55,092 bases of DNA from Myxococcales bacterium UBA4248 (GCA_002395385.1 DGWW01000224.1:1-55092); one strand, 5' to 3'; positions 9,364-19,531 are shown, counted from the stretch's first letter. The notes: generated by a model from the sequence alone, not told the origin. A program made the numbers and translations.

Positions 9364-10008
9364 ATGGCAAAAAAACAAGTCAAACAAGGTCAGAGTGTTC
9401 CGCCAGGGGTTATATACACATTATGTGTCATCCTCATTATTGCCGCAGTTGCCATTGGCTATCTTGGCATCTATGGTCCTTCAGTTGATCAGAACGAAGC
9501 CGCAAAAGCAAGGCTGGAACAAAAGAAAAGCGAACTCATCGACGTTCAGCAGCAGGAAGCAGAATATCTCGAATATCGCAAAGAAAATGAGCGTCTTGAG
9601 AAGCGTCTTGCAGACCTCAAGACAAAACTTCCTTCGACCATCAATGAATTGAATAACTTTTTGGCGAGCATAAACCAAAGAGCCCGTTCATCACGAGTGG
9701 CCAAATGGACACTTTACAAACAGGAAGGAAACATTCCGAAAGGTGAAGTGGATGCCATTCCAATCCGCATGGAATTTGTGGCCTCCTACGAAGCAGCACT
9801 GCAGTTCTTTTGGGAACTGGCGAGCATGGGAGATGGCGTCAAAGTCAACAATCGCGAGCAGCTTATCAACATTCGGGATGTTCAGATCTCACGTGAAACG
9901 TCACGCAAAGATGACATGTCAACGATGGTCAAAGTGATCAGTGTTGCAGAAACATATCTTTATACCGGTAACAATCCGGCAACGGCACCCAACAAGGGCA
10001 AGAAATAA
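9364..10008 (+). CDS. pilO: Type IV pilus assembly protein PilO
   Basis: N-terminal TM helix, a coiled coil and a ferredoxin-like C-terminus. It is third in the operon. Confidence 0.8.
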   Translation: MAKKQVKQGQSVPPGVIYTLCVILIIAAVAIGYLGIYGPSVDQNEAAKARLEQKKSELIDVQQQEAEYLEYRKENERLEKRLADLKTKLPSTINELNNFLASINQRARSSRVAKWTLYKQEGNIPKGEVDAIPIRMEFVASYEAALQFFWELASMGDGVKVNNREQLINIRDVQISRETSRKDDMSTMVKVISVAETYLYTGNNPATAPNKGKK

Positions 10009-10026
10009 GACGACAGGAGCAAGAAG

Positions 10027-10617
10027 ATGAATAGAAATCGAATATTAATCGCCTTCCTGTCCATAGGCGTGTTATTTTCTGGCACATCAATGATGGGATG
10101 TACCCCCGACACGGGTGTAAAGCACACGACGGTACGCAAGTCATCCGAACTGAAAAGCAAGCGGACGACCATAGACCGTAGTGCCATTGAGATTTCAGAG
10201 GATAACTGGAAACCGGTCCAGGCTCACGAGCAGGAAATTCACCAACGCAATCCATTCCGTGGATTTAGTGATACCTTACTCGCAGAGCAGCTCCTTCGCC
10301 AACAAAGCCAGGAAGCTGCCGCAGCGGACATTCTTTTGCCAGAGCAGTTGTATCCAACAAAAGACTATCGCGTCGTGGGCATCATTTCGGGAACAGCCGA
10401 TCCAAAAGTATATGTCATGGATCCTTCGGGCAATCGCTTTATTCTGAGACGCGGTTCACTGATCGGTAACAACAACGGAAGCATTTCAAGCATTCGCCGT
10501 GATGGTATCGAAGTTTACGAACGTGTCGCAGATAAAGGGCAGTACGTCGAACTGCCACTTTATGATGATACGGGATCCGATAAAAAGAATAATAAGATTC
10601 AGCTCAGCCTGCAATAA
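10027..10617 (+). CDS. pilP: Type IV pilus assembly lipoprotein PilP
   Basis: Lipobox SMMGC and a C-terminal beta-domain (YRVVGIISG...VYVMDPSGNRFILRRGSLIG). It is fourth in the operon. Confidence 0.8.
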   Translation: MNRNRILIAFLSIGVLFSGTSMMGCTPDTGVKHTTVRKSSELKSKRTTIDRSAIEISEDNWKPVQAHEQEIHQRNPFRGFSDTLLAEQLLRQQSQEAAAADILLPEQLYPTKDYRVVGIISGTADPKVYVMDPSGNRFILRRGSLIGNNNGSISSIRRDGIEVYERVADKGQYVELPLYDDTGSDKKNNKIQLSLQ

Positions 10618-10634
10618 TGATTCAAGGAGTTATC

Positions 10635-13600
10635 ATGAAACGAGAATCGAACAAAACAAAGCGCCTCGCCATTGTGAGTATGGCGTTTTGTCTGTGCAGC
10701 TCCATTGCGTGGGATTCATCCCAAACTCGTAATGACAACAGCGTCACGAGTTTGAATTATTCGCAGGAGAGCGCGCGAACATTGATTGAGATCGGCGTTC
10801 AATCCGATCCGACATTTTCCGTTTATACCCTAAAAAATCCAGAGCGTGTCGTCGTAGAAATCCTCGACTGCGATTCAAGCACACGATTATCACCGATTCA
10901 GGTTCGCAATGGCATTATTGATACAGCTGCTGTAAGTGTATCCCAATCGAACGATTACAGCACATGCCGCGTCATTCTGGGGCTCGAAAAAGAAGCTTCT
11001 TACGCCGTCGATTCGACGAGCAACCGGATTACGGTTTCGGTCGATGGCAAACCAGAGATGAACCCCTCTGAAATGGCAACGGCCTATGAGACGATGAAAC
11101 AATCGCGTGAAGAAGCTCTGGCAAATGCACGTTCGATTGTCGAACGTGAAAGAGCGGAAGCCGAAAATGCGCGAGCTGAAGCAGAAGCCGCACGCAACGA
11201 GCTTGCCAATGCACGCAACGAGGTTCAGACAGCACGCACAGAATTGGCCAATGCGCGCAATGAAGCACAGACCGTTCGAAGTGAACTCTCGAATGCACGC
11301 AATGAAATTGAGATGGCTCGCGTCGAAGCACAAAATGCCCTCAATGAATTGGCCAAAGCACGCAGCGAAGCCCAGACGGCCAGAGCCACGGCAGATGCCT
11401 CTGTTCAGAGGGAAAAAGCAGCCCTTGCGCAACTGGAAAAAGCCTACGCAGATGCCCAGAATCGTGTTTCTGCCATCGAAGCTCAACGCAATGCAGCACA
11501 GGAACAATACGAGCAATCCCAGATGAAAAATTCTGAGCTCGAATCAGTCCAGGCAGAATTGCTCAAGGCTCAGGCCAATGCAGCCGCTTTAGAGCGAGCA
11601 CGCAATCAGGCCATAGAGCGCGCACAGGCAGCAGAATCCCAGAGAGATCTGGCTCAGGCACAAGCCCGCGAAAGTTTGCAGCGTGAACAAAATGCCATTG
11701 AAAAACTTCAGCAGGAACAAAGAATTGCTGCCGAAAAAACGGCTCAAATTGCACGCATGAACTCTCAGATCGAACAGAGCCAGGCAGAAAAGAGTGCACT
11801 GCTGGCAGATCTGCAGAATAAAACGTCGCAGGCACAGCTCCTTTCTGAACGCGCAAAACGCGCTCAAATTGAGGCACAGCAGCTCGTCAATGAAACGCGT
11901 CAAAATGAAGAAGCTCGCGTTGCCGATGCAGAGAGCCGTCTGGCTGCTGCAGAAAAACGCTATGAACAAGCTCAGCAAAAAGCAATGGATGCACAGACGC
12001 AATTGGCTTCCAATCAAGCTGGAAGCCAAAAAGCGCTTGAATCATCGAATGAAGAATTGCTCGTCGCCAAAAATGCGTTGGCTCTGACGCAAAAAGAAAG
12101 AGATGATGCGGTAACCAGAGCACGCCAAGCAGAAACGCAGGCACAAAATGCATTAATCACCGCTCAAAATCAAAAACATGCTGCCGAAACACAGCTCTCT
12201 GAACTGAATCGCCAGCTTTCAGAAGCCAATGCGAAACTTGCAACGCTCGAACAAGAACGTACCAATGCCATCGCACAGGCAAACGGATATGCACAAAACA
12301 ATGCAGATCTCGCAGCTCAGAATGCCAGATATGATCAGCAGCTCTCTGAGGCCAATGCCAGACTCCAAGCACTTGAGCATGAACGAACCAATGCCATCGC
12401 ACAGGCAAACGGTTATGCACAAAACAATGCCAATCTCGCAGCTCAAAATGCCGAACTTCTCAAACGGCTTTCTCAGCAGGAAGCCGAAATGGCTAAACTC
12501 AACCAGGAAGTACTTGCCGGCGGTGCTGCACGTGAAAAGATCAAAAAACTCGAAGCAGAATTAAAGGATGAAGCTGTCAAATCCGCTGAGTATGCCGAGC
12601 TCAAAGAGCAAGCCAGACAAGGCAGACATGCACGTGAACAACTTCACAAACTCCAGGAAGAAAATGACCAGCTTCGCACTCAGCTCGAACAGTCGCAAAC
12701 GGTCATGGCTGCAACGACAGCCGGAAAAGCAGACAATCCATCCTTTGGTCAGATCGCCGGGTCCGTTCCCCCCATTGATATGACCATTGGCCAGGCACCA
12801 ACCAATACAAAAGTTGCCACCACGGTGCCTTTCGATGACAGAGCCGCTGCACAAGCCAGCGTACGTGATATCCAATTCCGAAGAAATGCCAATGGCGATG
12901 GCATGCAAGTCGTCGTCAAGCTCTCAGCACCGGTCGATAAAGTCGAAAACATTGACCTCGGTTCCCAGAAGAGTGCCCTGCGAATTGCCGGTGTCGTCCT
13001 TCCGGATGACTTCAATAAAAAATACGACACATCCGCCTTTAACCAGGGAGTTCGTTTTGTGGATTCCACGCAGGCGAGCGGCGGGCTGGAACTGATTGCA
13101 CAAGCCAGCTCCAAAACGATAGATTCCATCGAACAAAATGGCGACACCATTACCTGGAATATCCAGCCGCTTCGCGATGGTTCGGGCGCATTCAAAGCGC
13201 CAGTCGACAGGCGACGAAATGCCATGCTGACGGCAGCCGAACCCAATCCTGCATTATCCACAGGCAACTCCTACGCGGCTTCGACCAATCTTCGTGACAC
13301 ACCTCTCGCAAAGCGCAAAATCACACTCGATATTCATGATGCAGATATCAACGATCTTCTTCGTCTGCTTTCGGATGAGATCAATACGAGCATCGTCGTA
13401 AGCCCGGAGGTAAAGGGCAATATTACACTCTCGCTCAAGAGCGTTCCACTCGATCAGGCTTTGGATATCATCATGCGCATGCACGATTTGGGAATGCGCT
13501 ATGAAGGCAATGTCATCTGGATTGCAAAAGCCGATACATTCCGTGCGGAAGAAGAACGCGCCATCAAGGCTGCCGAAGTTCGGGAACGACTTGAGCCCCT

Positions 13601-14633
13601 CGAAGTCAGACTTTTGCCTGTCAATTATGCACTGGCAAAAGACCTGAGCGGAAATGTCCAGTCATTATTGAGCAGCCGCGGCAGTGTCAATATCGATGAC
13701 AGAACCAATACCCTCATTCTCAAGGATGTGGCAGCCAATCTCGATGCAGCCGAAATTCTCGTCAGCAACCTCGATACACAAACTCCACAGATTCTCATCG
13801 AAGCCCGCATCGTCGAAACACAGGCAAACTTCTCGAAAGAAATCGGTATCCAATGGGGTGGTGATGGCGTCGCAAGCGCAGCCACAGGCAATGCCACGGG
13901 TATCGTTTTCCCGTCGACAATTGGTATCGCTGGCGGTTCCACGAGTGACAATAACTCGGGTACATCGGCCACACCAAACTTTGCTGTCAATCTGCCCGCA
14001 TCTGTCGGCACCGGATCCGGTGGTGCCTTAGGCATTACACTCGGTTCGCTCGGTGGTGCCATCAACCTCAATATCCGTCTCAGTGCGATGGAAGAAAAAG
14101 GCTTCCTCAAAATCGTATCAGCACCGAGAATCATGACACTCGACAATATCCAGGCCAGCATCGAATCCGGTACCAGTATCCCCATCAGCGTCGTCAGTGC
14201 CGCTGGTGCCCAGACGCAGTTTTACGATGCAAAATTAAATCTCCAGGTGACACCGCATGTCACACGCGACGGCAATGTTTATCTCAAAATAAACATCTCG
14301 AAAAACGAACCGGATTTCGGTAATACAGGTGCTAACGGCGATCCCTCGATCATCCGTAAAGAAGCTCAGACCGAACTGCTGGTACCCGATGGCGAAACAA
14401 CCGTTATCGGCGGCATCTATTCACGAAACACCTCTCAAAACATGAGCAGTGTCCCATTCTTTGGATCCATCCCAATCCTCGGATATCTGTTCAGGAGTAC
14501 CTCTGAAACGGATAACCGTACGGAACTCCTCATCTTTATTACTCCGCGTATCATTAACCGCGATGCCTCCATCTCCGCATCCGGCGCCGGATCGTTCATT
14601 CCACCAGTCGAACGCGAAAGCAATTCAAAATAA
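10635..14633 (+). CDS. pilQ: PilQ secretin with AMIN domains and a ~545-aa coiled-coil insertion
   Basis: AAGGAG ribosome-binding site before the ATG at 10635. Domain order: AMIN-like N-terminus, long Ala/Gln/Glu/Asn heptad region (11067-12700), further AMIN-like segments, N0/secretin-N modules, and a secretin core (ILIEARIVET...SAPRIMTLDN...ELLIFITPRI). Confidence 0.9.
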   Translation: MKRESNKTKRLAIVSMAFCLCSSIAWDSSQTRNDNSVTSLNYSQESARTLIEIGVQSDPTFSVYTLKNPERVVVEILDCDSSTRLSPIQVRNGIIDTAAVSVSQSNDYSTCRVILGLEKEASYAVDSTSNRITVSVDGKPEMNPSEMATAYETMKQSREEALANARSIVERERAEAENARAEAEAARNELANARNEVQTARTELANARNEAQTVRSELSNARNEIEMARVEAQNALNELAKARSEAQTARATADASVQREKAALAQLEKAYADAQNRVSAIEAQRNAAQEQYEQSQMKNSELESVQAELLKAQANAAALERARNQAIERAQAAESQRDLAQAQARESLQREQNAIEKLQQEQRIAAEKTAQIARMNSQIEQSQAEKSALLADLQNKTSQAQLLSERAKRAQIEAQQLVNETRQNEEARVADAESRLAAAEKRYEQAQQKAMDAQTQLASNQAGSQKALESSNEELLVAKNALALTQKERDDAVTRARQAETQAQNALITAQNQKHAAETQLSELNRQLSEANAKLATLEQERTNAIAQANGYAQNNADLAAQNARYDQQLSEANARLQALEHERTNAIAQANGYAQNNANLAAQNAELLKRLSQQEAEMAKLNQEVLAGGAAREKIKKLEAELKDEAVKSAEYAELKEQARQGRHAREQLHKLQEENDQLRTQLEQSQTVMAATTAGKADNPSFGQIAGSVPPIDMTIGQAPTNTKVATTVPFDDRAAAQASVRDIQFRRNANGDGMQVVVKLSAPVDKVENIDLGSQKSALRIAGVVLPDDFNKKYDTSAFNQGVRFVDSTQASGGLELIAQASSKTIDSIEQNGDTITWNIQPLRDGSGAFKAPVDRRRNAMLTAAEPNPALSTGNSYAASTNLRDTPLAKRKITLDIHDADINDLLRLLSDEINTSIVVSPEVKGNITLSLKSVPLDQALDIIMRMHDLGMRYEGNVIWIAKADTFRAEEERAIKAAEVRERLEPLEVRLLPVNYALAKDLSGNVQSLLSSRGSVNIDDRTNTLILKDVAANLDAAEILVSNLDTQTPQILIEARIVETQANFSKEIGIQWGGDGVASAATGNATGIVFPSTIGIAGGSTSDNNSGTSATPNFAVNLPASVGTGSGGALGITLGSLGGAINLNIRLSAMEEKGFLKIVSAPRIMTLDNIQASIESGTSIPISVVSAAGAQTQFYDAKLNLQVTPHVTRDGNVYLKINISKNEPDFGNTGANGDPSIIRKEAQTELLVPDGETTVIGGIYSRNTSQNMSSVPFFGSIPILGYLFRSTSETDNRTELLIFITPRIINRDASISASGAGSFIPPVERESNSK

Positions 14634-14667
14634 ACACAATGCCCACAAGGGCATGGAGGATAACGTT

Positions 14668-15489
14668 ATGAAAAAAATCTTATCATTCATAGCAGGATTT
14701 CTAATCGTGAGCGGAGCTTTTTCGGGGTGCGTCGAAGATAACCAATACATCGTTCTTAGGGGCATCACCTCCAAAAGTTGTGAACCAACAGGCTCAAACC
14801 AAACCTACGGCGGCACCTGTGGTATGAGCAGCACACGAAAAATGAAAGACGGTTCAATACAATACGTCGACAATCGCCTGTATGCACACATTACCAATGA
14901 CACAACAGGAAACAGCCCGTGGAGCTCTTCCGGTAGTTCCAGCAGCGGGTCCACATTTGAAGGCACGATCCCGAACGCAGGTCTGATCTATGCAGACGAA
15001 ATCATCATTCGCTGTGAAAGCATAAACGGCGACAAAGATGCATGCAAAGGCAAGGATCCCATCAAACAGAAAATCAATTCACCTGTCGAAGCCAATGGCG
15101 GTGCCTGTTTGGGATTTGACGCTTCCGAAGCCGAAGCGTGGGGCGACCACGTGGAAATTTCTGTACAGGTTTCCTATCACGATCCCAGCTATATCAAAGG
15201 TAAAACGGGTAAAGCGGAAATCACTTTTTCATCCAGCTTGAGTTACAACGAGGACACCCATACCACCAATCCATGTGCTCCCGACGAAGTCCAGGAAAAA
15301 GAAGAAGAAGATTCTTCGAGCAGCTCCGACTCTGGCACCAATCCAAGTGGAGGTGGAGAAGATCAGAAACCCGATCAGGATGACGGCAAAAAGAAATCCG
15401 GAGAGTCCTGCAGCGAAGATATTGAATGCAAAAGCGGGAAATGCGTCGAGAAAATTGACGGTGACACGGCCCAATGGGTCTGTGAATAA
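14668..15489 (+). CDS. Lipoprotein of unknown function, last gene of the pil operon
   Basis: MKKILSFIAGFLIVSGAFSGC lipobox, starting 34 nt after the pilQ stop. It has Ser/Asp/Glu-rich linkers and a Cys-containing C-terminal knot. A terminator follows. Confidence 0.7.
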   Translation: MKKILSFIAGFLIVSGAFSGCVEDNQYIVLRGITSKSCEPTGSNQTYGGTCGMSSTRKMKDGSIQYVDNRLYAHITNDTTGNSPWSSSGSSSSGSTFEGTIPNAGLIYADEIIIRCESINGDKDACKGKDPIKQKINSPVEANGGACLGFDASEAEAWGDHVEISVQVSYHDPSYIKGKTGKAEITFSSSLSYNEDTHTTNPCAPDEVQEKEEEDSSSSSDSGTNPSGGGEDQKPDQDDGKKKSGESCSEDIECKSGKCVEKIDGDTAQWVCE

Positions 15490-15496
15490 TAGTTGT

Positions 15497-15613
15497 GAGG
15501 GGGCGGCCGCCCCCTACGGCGCTAACTCGCTTTGGGGCGGGTCTGAGACCGCGCCCCGACAGCTCGCTACGCGCCTACCCCCACTGCGGGGTTACTCACC
15601 CCGCAACGCCCCG
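15497..15613. repeat. Composite REP element homologous to 1941-2054
   Basis: gagggggcggccgccccctacGGCGCTA...TACGCGCCTACCCCCACTGCGGGG..CCCCGCAACGCCCCG has the same frame as cagggggccgagccccctgcGGCGCTA...ATACGCGCCTACCCCCAATGCGGGG... Confidence 0.8.
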
Positions 15614-15634
15614 CATTCCTTAAATAATCATAAT

Positions 15635-15670
15635 GCGCCGCGTATCGTTTACGATAGCGGCGCTTTTTTT
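15635..15670 (+). terminator. Terminator of the pil operon
   Basis: GCGCCGC..tatcgt/acgata..GCGGCGC stem followed by T7. Confidence 0.7.
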
Positions 15671-15685
15671 GCCCTGTAACAGGGC

Positions 15686-15727
15686 AAAAAAATGGCTGCC
15701 GTATTTGCCTCCGCAAATAGGCAGCCA
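15686..15727 (-). terminator. Terminator of the convergent IgGFc-binding-like gene
   Basis: tggctgccgtatttgc-ctcc-gcaaataggcagcca hairpin followed on the minus strand by T7, 8 nt after the stop. Confidence 0.7.
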
Positions 15728-15734
15728 CTCACTA

Positions 15735-17699
15735 TTATTCAAACAATTCCTTCAAATCCAGACCGGCAGGATAACCATAGGACACGTAGTTATCGACACC
15801 ATACGAAAACAGGCCAATGGGCTCGGTCGCCGTAATTTCGTGCGATCCATCCTCAATTAATATATACGCAGCTTTATATTCACCCGTTCCGAACGTGAAA
15901 AACTTGGATTCATCCACCGTTTTGTCATCCAATGTGACCGTCGCTTTGTGTGGCGCCACAATTGTAATGTAATCTTTGGCATATTTGTTCGGGGCTAAGA
16001 ACCGGTAATCCTTGCGGTACTGTTCGATGGGAACGCCAATAATATAGGTTGGATCGCCAATGCCCGCCCAATCCGTCGTGGCCAGGCCGGTCTCGGGATC
16101 TGTCGGATCATTCTGGCCAGTCATGAACTGCCCAACCAAAACCGGAGAACTCGATTCGATCGTAAAACTTTCCTGTGTCAAAATATCGTACCACTGCCCG
16201 GCATTGAGCGTCAGCGTCTCTTTTTTAAACACATTGGGGGTCGTGGTAATGATCGTCCCGTCCGTTCTGGCCAAAATGCGCCACATATCGCGTTCCTTGC
16301 CGCGAGGTTTAAGCTTGACCGCATTGTACTTGCGGCCCCAGGCACTCAATGGGTACTGCTGATGTTCAATGTGATCGGCACAACACGTAATGGGATCGGT
16401 CTCGGGAATGCTCGTCGCCTCATTTCCTGCAAATACGGCAACATTCTTATTGGCCGTGACCAGCGACCCCGTCGGATCATCGCCGATATTCACAGTTTCG
16501 AGATTCAGAATGTCGTATTGCTCAAGATAGAACGTCTGTTTGTCGCCAGCTTTCATGCCATAAATGGGCTTGCCCTTTTTATCCGTGCCATTCTGGATAT
16601 TCGTCGTCGATTCAAAGACGACTTCGGTCTGACCAGGTTCGGTTGCTATCACCGTGACAAAACTGTAGAAAGAATCGTACTGCTGACGGCGAGACATCAC
16701 CATGTACCGCCGTCCCAGGGCTGTCGTCGGAAAAAGCAGCGATGCATCATTCGAAAATACGTCGACATTTTCGAGCGGATTAAACTGCGCCGCCGTAATC
16801 GGCAAATCCGATTTGATGTAAAAGGCCGTATCGAGAATCTTTGTACCATTGGTGCTGTACGCACGATCACACGAATAAAGTTTGCCTTCCGTGTCGCGCT
16901 TATAACACTGGTTTGGCAGAATGATCGCTTCGAGTGCATGCGGTTTGACTTCAAATTCGACGACCTTCACCACCTTGCCCGATTCCTTGGTATACACTAC
17001 GATGTTGGCCGTCAGCGTATCGTGGGTGTTGCTCAGAACGACGGCAAAAGGTTGTGCTGCTGCATCGAGCGTTCCACCGCCGTCGATGGCATTGTCCAAA
17101 TCGGCAGCCCAATATTCACATCCAATATAACTCGCTTCTTTCGTCGTTTTGTCACAAATCGAAATACAGGCCCCATCCTCACATACGGTCTTAGGCGAAA
17201 TATCCTGGCACTTTTTTTTGACCGTATAAGCCGTCCCGGCTTCATTGCACAAAAGGATGGTATTCTCATCCTCGCATTTTCCGGCACCCTCCTCGCATAA
17301 CCGGGGAACACATGCCCCATCGACACAGGTTTTGCCATACTCACAATCGAAATCGCCCATTCCCGTACCGACCGCATTACAGCCGTGAAACTGACCATTC
17401 TCGAGACAAGACTCGATGGTGTTTGGCTCGCACGAAACAGCACTGCATTTGCCGTCAAAACAATATTCACCGGATGCACAGTATTCACGAACGCGTGCAC
17501 CATTCACACAATGCAGTACTTCATTTTTAGACAGGCAGGTATCGTCTTTGGCATCACATGTCTGAATGATGATCTCAGAACCGCCGCCTCCGCCATGGTC
17601 AGGATCAACCGGCGAGACATCATTTTCCGAATCCGAACCGCAGGCTGAGAACAAAAAACAAACAGCTATCGTACACAATAAATATTTTTTTCCAGACAT
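15735..17699 (-). CDS. Cys-rich lipoprotein with a C-terminal IgGFc-binding-protein-N-terminal-like domain
   Basis: Lipobox LFSAC and a Cys-rich EGF-like N-terminal third. The C-terminal region (GDPTYIIGVPIEQYRKDYRFLAP...VSYGYPAGLDLK) matches my recall of the bacterial IgGFc_binding family. Confidence 0.6.
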   Translation of the reverse strand: MSGKKYLLCTIAVCFLFSACGSDSENDVSPVDPDHGGGGGSEIIIQTCDAKDDTCLSKNEVLHCVNGARVREYCASGEYCFDGKCSAVSCEPNTIESCLENGQFHGCNAVGTGMGDFDCEYGKTCVDGACVPRLCEEGAGKCEDENTILLCNEAGTAYTVKKKCQDISPKTVCEDGACISICDKTTKEASYIGCEYWAADLDNAIDGGGTLDAAAQPFAVVLSNTHDTLTANIVVYTKESGKVVKVVEFEVKPHALEAIILPNQCYKRDTEGKLYSCDRAYSTNGTKILDTAFYIKSDLPITAAQFNPLENVDVFSNDASLLFPTTALGRRYMVMSRRQQYDSFYSFVTVIATEPGQTEVVFESTTNIQNGTDKKGKPIYGMKAGDKQTFYLEQYDILNLETVNIGDDPTGSLVTANKNVAVFAGNEATSIPETDPITCCADHIEHQQYPLSAWGRKYNAVKLKPRGKERDMWRILARTDGTIITTTPNVFKKETLTLNAGQWYDILTQESFTIESSSPVLVGQFMTGQNDPTDPETGLATTDWAGIGDPTYIIGVPIEQYRKDYRFLAPNKYAKDYITIVAPHKATVTLDDKTVDESKFFTFGTGEYKAAYILIEDGSHEITATEPIGLFSYGVDNYVSYGYPAGLDLKELFE

Positions 17700-17796
17700 T
17701 TGAACGGTCATGACATTCCCTTGAGTGGACTCTTTTCCCCCAATCCGCATTTATGCCAAACTCAGAGAGGAACTTCAATGTGCAAAGTGCATGGAG

Positions 17797-18528
17797 CTAA
17801 TCCGCATTTTTCACACATCGCACCGTCGTCGGAACACTGTCCTCATAGGAGCCGAGCAAGCCGACGCCAAACTGCTCATAAATAAAAACGCGCCGCACAT
17901 TGCCCATGGCCGGCCATGTGCGTGGATCCATACATTTATAGCCAGGTTCAAACTCCCCCATGGGATTGCCTTCGACCCATTCGAGCGCATTGCCCCCCAT
18001 GTCATAAACGCCCCAGGGGCTGACATCATGCGGGAACTCCCCAACATTCGAAAGTTCATCGGCATACATGCCTGGTGTCGCAGTCTCTTCCTCCCATGGA
18101 TACGGATGAATTTGCGTTCCCATGGCAGCGAGCAGCCATTCTGCAGGCGTCGGCAAACGCATGCCCCGGGCTTTGCAGTATGCCTTCGCGTCATCGTGTG
18201 TCATGCCAAATGGTTTATTTTTTTGAGCGTCGAAGTCTTCTACATGCTCTAGTGCAAGTTTAATTTTATCCATTTTCTTACAAAGACCGCTGTCATAGCA
18301 TGACTGAATGTCTTCCCAGGTAGTTTCGTATTTATCGATATAAAAAGGAGCGACTTCGACCTTCTTTAAACAAGCCGGTGTACAACGCGCATCAGCCACT
18401 TTGCAGGGCTGATAACCCGGTGTTTTAGCGCCTTTTTGACCAATCAAAACCAAATTATCGTCTGATTGCTGAGCCATTGCAAAAGAAGGGATTAACATAA
18501 GAATGATACATAAAATTAATTTATTCAT
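17797..18528 (-). CDS. Secreted FGE-sulfatase (SUMF1/EgtB/PvdO) domain protein
   Basis: Signal peptide MNKLILCIILMLIPSFAMA. Motifs: AKAYCKARGMRLPTPAEWLLAAMG, PWGVYDMGGNALEWV, and C-terminal TVRCV. The start overlaps the upstream stop (ATGAATAA). Confidence 0.8.
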   Translation of the reverse strand: MNKLILCIILMLIPSFAMAQQSDDNLVLIGQKGAKTPGYQPCKVADARCTPACLKKVEVAPFYIDKYETTWEDIQSCYDSGLCKKMDKIKLALEHVEDFDAQKNKPFGMTHDDAKAYCKARGMRLPTPAEWLLAAMGTQIHPYPWEEETATPGMYADELSNVGEFPHDVSPWGVYDMGGNALEWVEGNPMGEFEPGYKCMDPRTWPAMGNVRRVFIYEQFGVGLLGSYEDSVPTTVRCVKNAD

Positions 18529-19531
18529 ACTTTTTATCCCCCGCTTCATCATCGACCAGACTCTGCTTGCGTTTGATATCGCGCGCATCATCTATCTGGA
18601 CGGCATCCAGAAATCTATTATTTTTTATCGCCGGAATCCATCTCACAAGATCCTTTGACCCAGACTCGGACTCGAAAACAAACATATAATAAGGTGCCAG
18701 CAATTCTTTGGCAGAATGTCGGCCACCATCAAAATAGCCAAACTCCATGCGATAGGGGAGATTCGGTATATCATTATCATCCATGACCATTTTAACAGCT
18801 TCCTCTGGCGTCAATATATCACGCTCTGTCAGTTCAAATACCCGATTCTGAACAAAGCGATGGTCCTTAGTATAACCAATGACATCGCCGGATGGAGAAA
18901 AATGTACTGCTGTTTTGGCAGGTCCCAATACTGGCCATCCATCGACAGAACTCGTAACAGACACAGCCACTTGTGACAGTTTATCACGCATATTGGTACC
19001 GCTTGTATAATACTTTCGTATTTTATAAGGCTGTAGAGAAAGATGTTTATATTGCGAATACTCATTGCGATACGACTCAAGATATTCCCATGCACGTTTT
19101 AAATATGCCAAATCCTCGAGTACTTCATATTCTGGAACTCCAGGAAGACTATGCATCTCCTCTTTGCTGCCCGCTGACTCGAATGAGGTATGACGGTCGA
19201 ATTGGTATTCCCAGGTATCATCTTCGGCAAACAGGCTCTTTTCGGTCGTCCACGCCATTCTGAGCCCTTTCGTTTCTATCATTTTATAGGCAGATGGATG
19301 CTCGATTTGATACACGCCCAATCGAAACGATCTTTTACTTTCAAAATGCTTTTTCAACGTTTCGAATGCCAGTTTACCAGGCTCTTCTTCGATAAAACCA
19401 AACTGGGTCAACGCCGATTTAGTTTGACCCGTTGCATAGGTTTCCCCCTGCACACATGCGCCGTCGCTGTCGCAACCCCAAAACGCACCAATACAACCAA
19501 CAAATACAATATAAATAAATATTTTTTTCAT
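18521..19531 (-). CDS. Lipoprotein of unknown function
   Basis: MKKIFIYIVFVGCIGAFWGC lipobox. I recognise no domain. It is tightly packed between two secreted-protein genes. Confidence 0.65.
   Translation of the reverse strand: MKKIFIYIVFVGCIGAFWGCDSDGACVQGETYATGQTKSALTQFGFIEEEPGKLAFETLKKHFESKRSFRLGVYQIEHPSAYKMIETKGLRMAWTTEKSLFAEDDTWEYQFDRHTSFESAGSKEEMHSLPGVPEYEVLEDLAYLKRAWEYLESYRNEYSQYKHLSLQPYKIRKYYTSGTNMRDKLSQVAVSVTSSVDGWPVLGPAKTAVHFSPSGDVIGYTKDHRFVQNRVFELTERDILTPEEAVKMVMDDNDIPNLPYRMEFGYFDGGRHSAKELLAPYYMFVFESESGSKDLVRWIPAIKNNRFLDAVQIDDARDIKRKQSLVDDEAGDKKYE

Noticed and set aside
14449-14667. An N-terminal extension of the post-pilQ lipoprotein ORF that overlaps the pilQ 3' end.
   Set aside because: The extension lies inside the conserved secretin C-terminus in another frame. 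A canonical lipoprotein signal peptide begins at the ATG at 14668.
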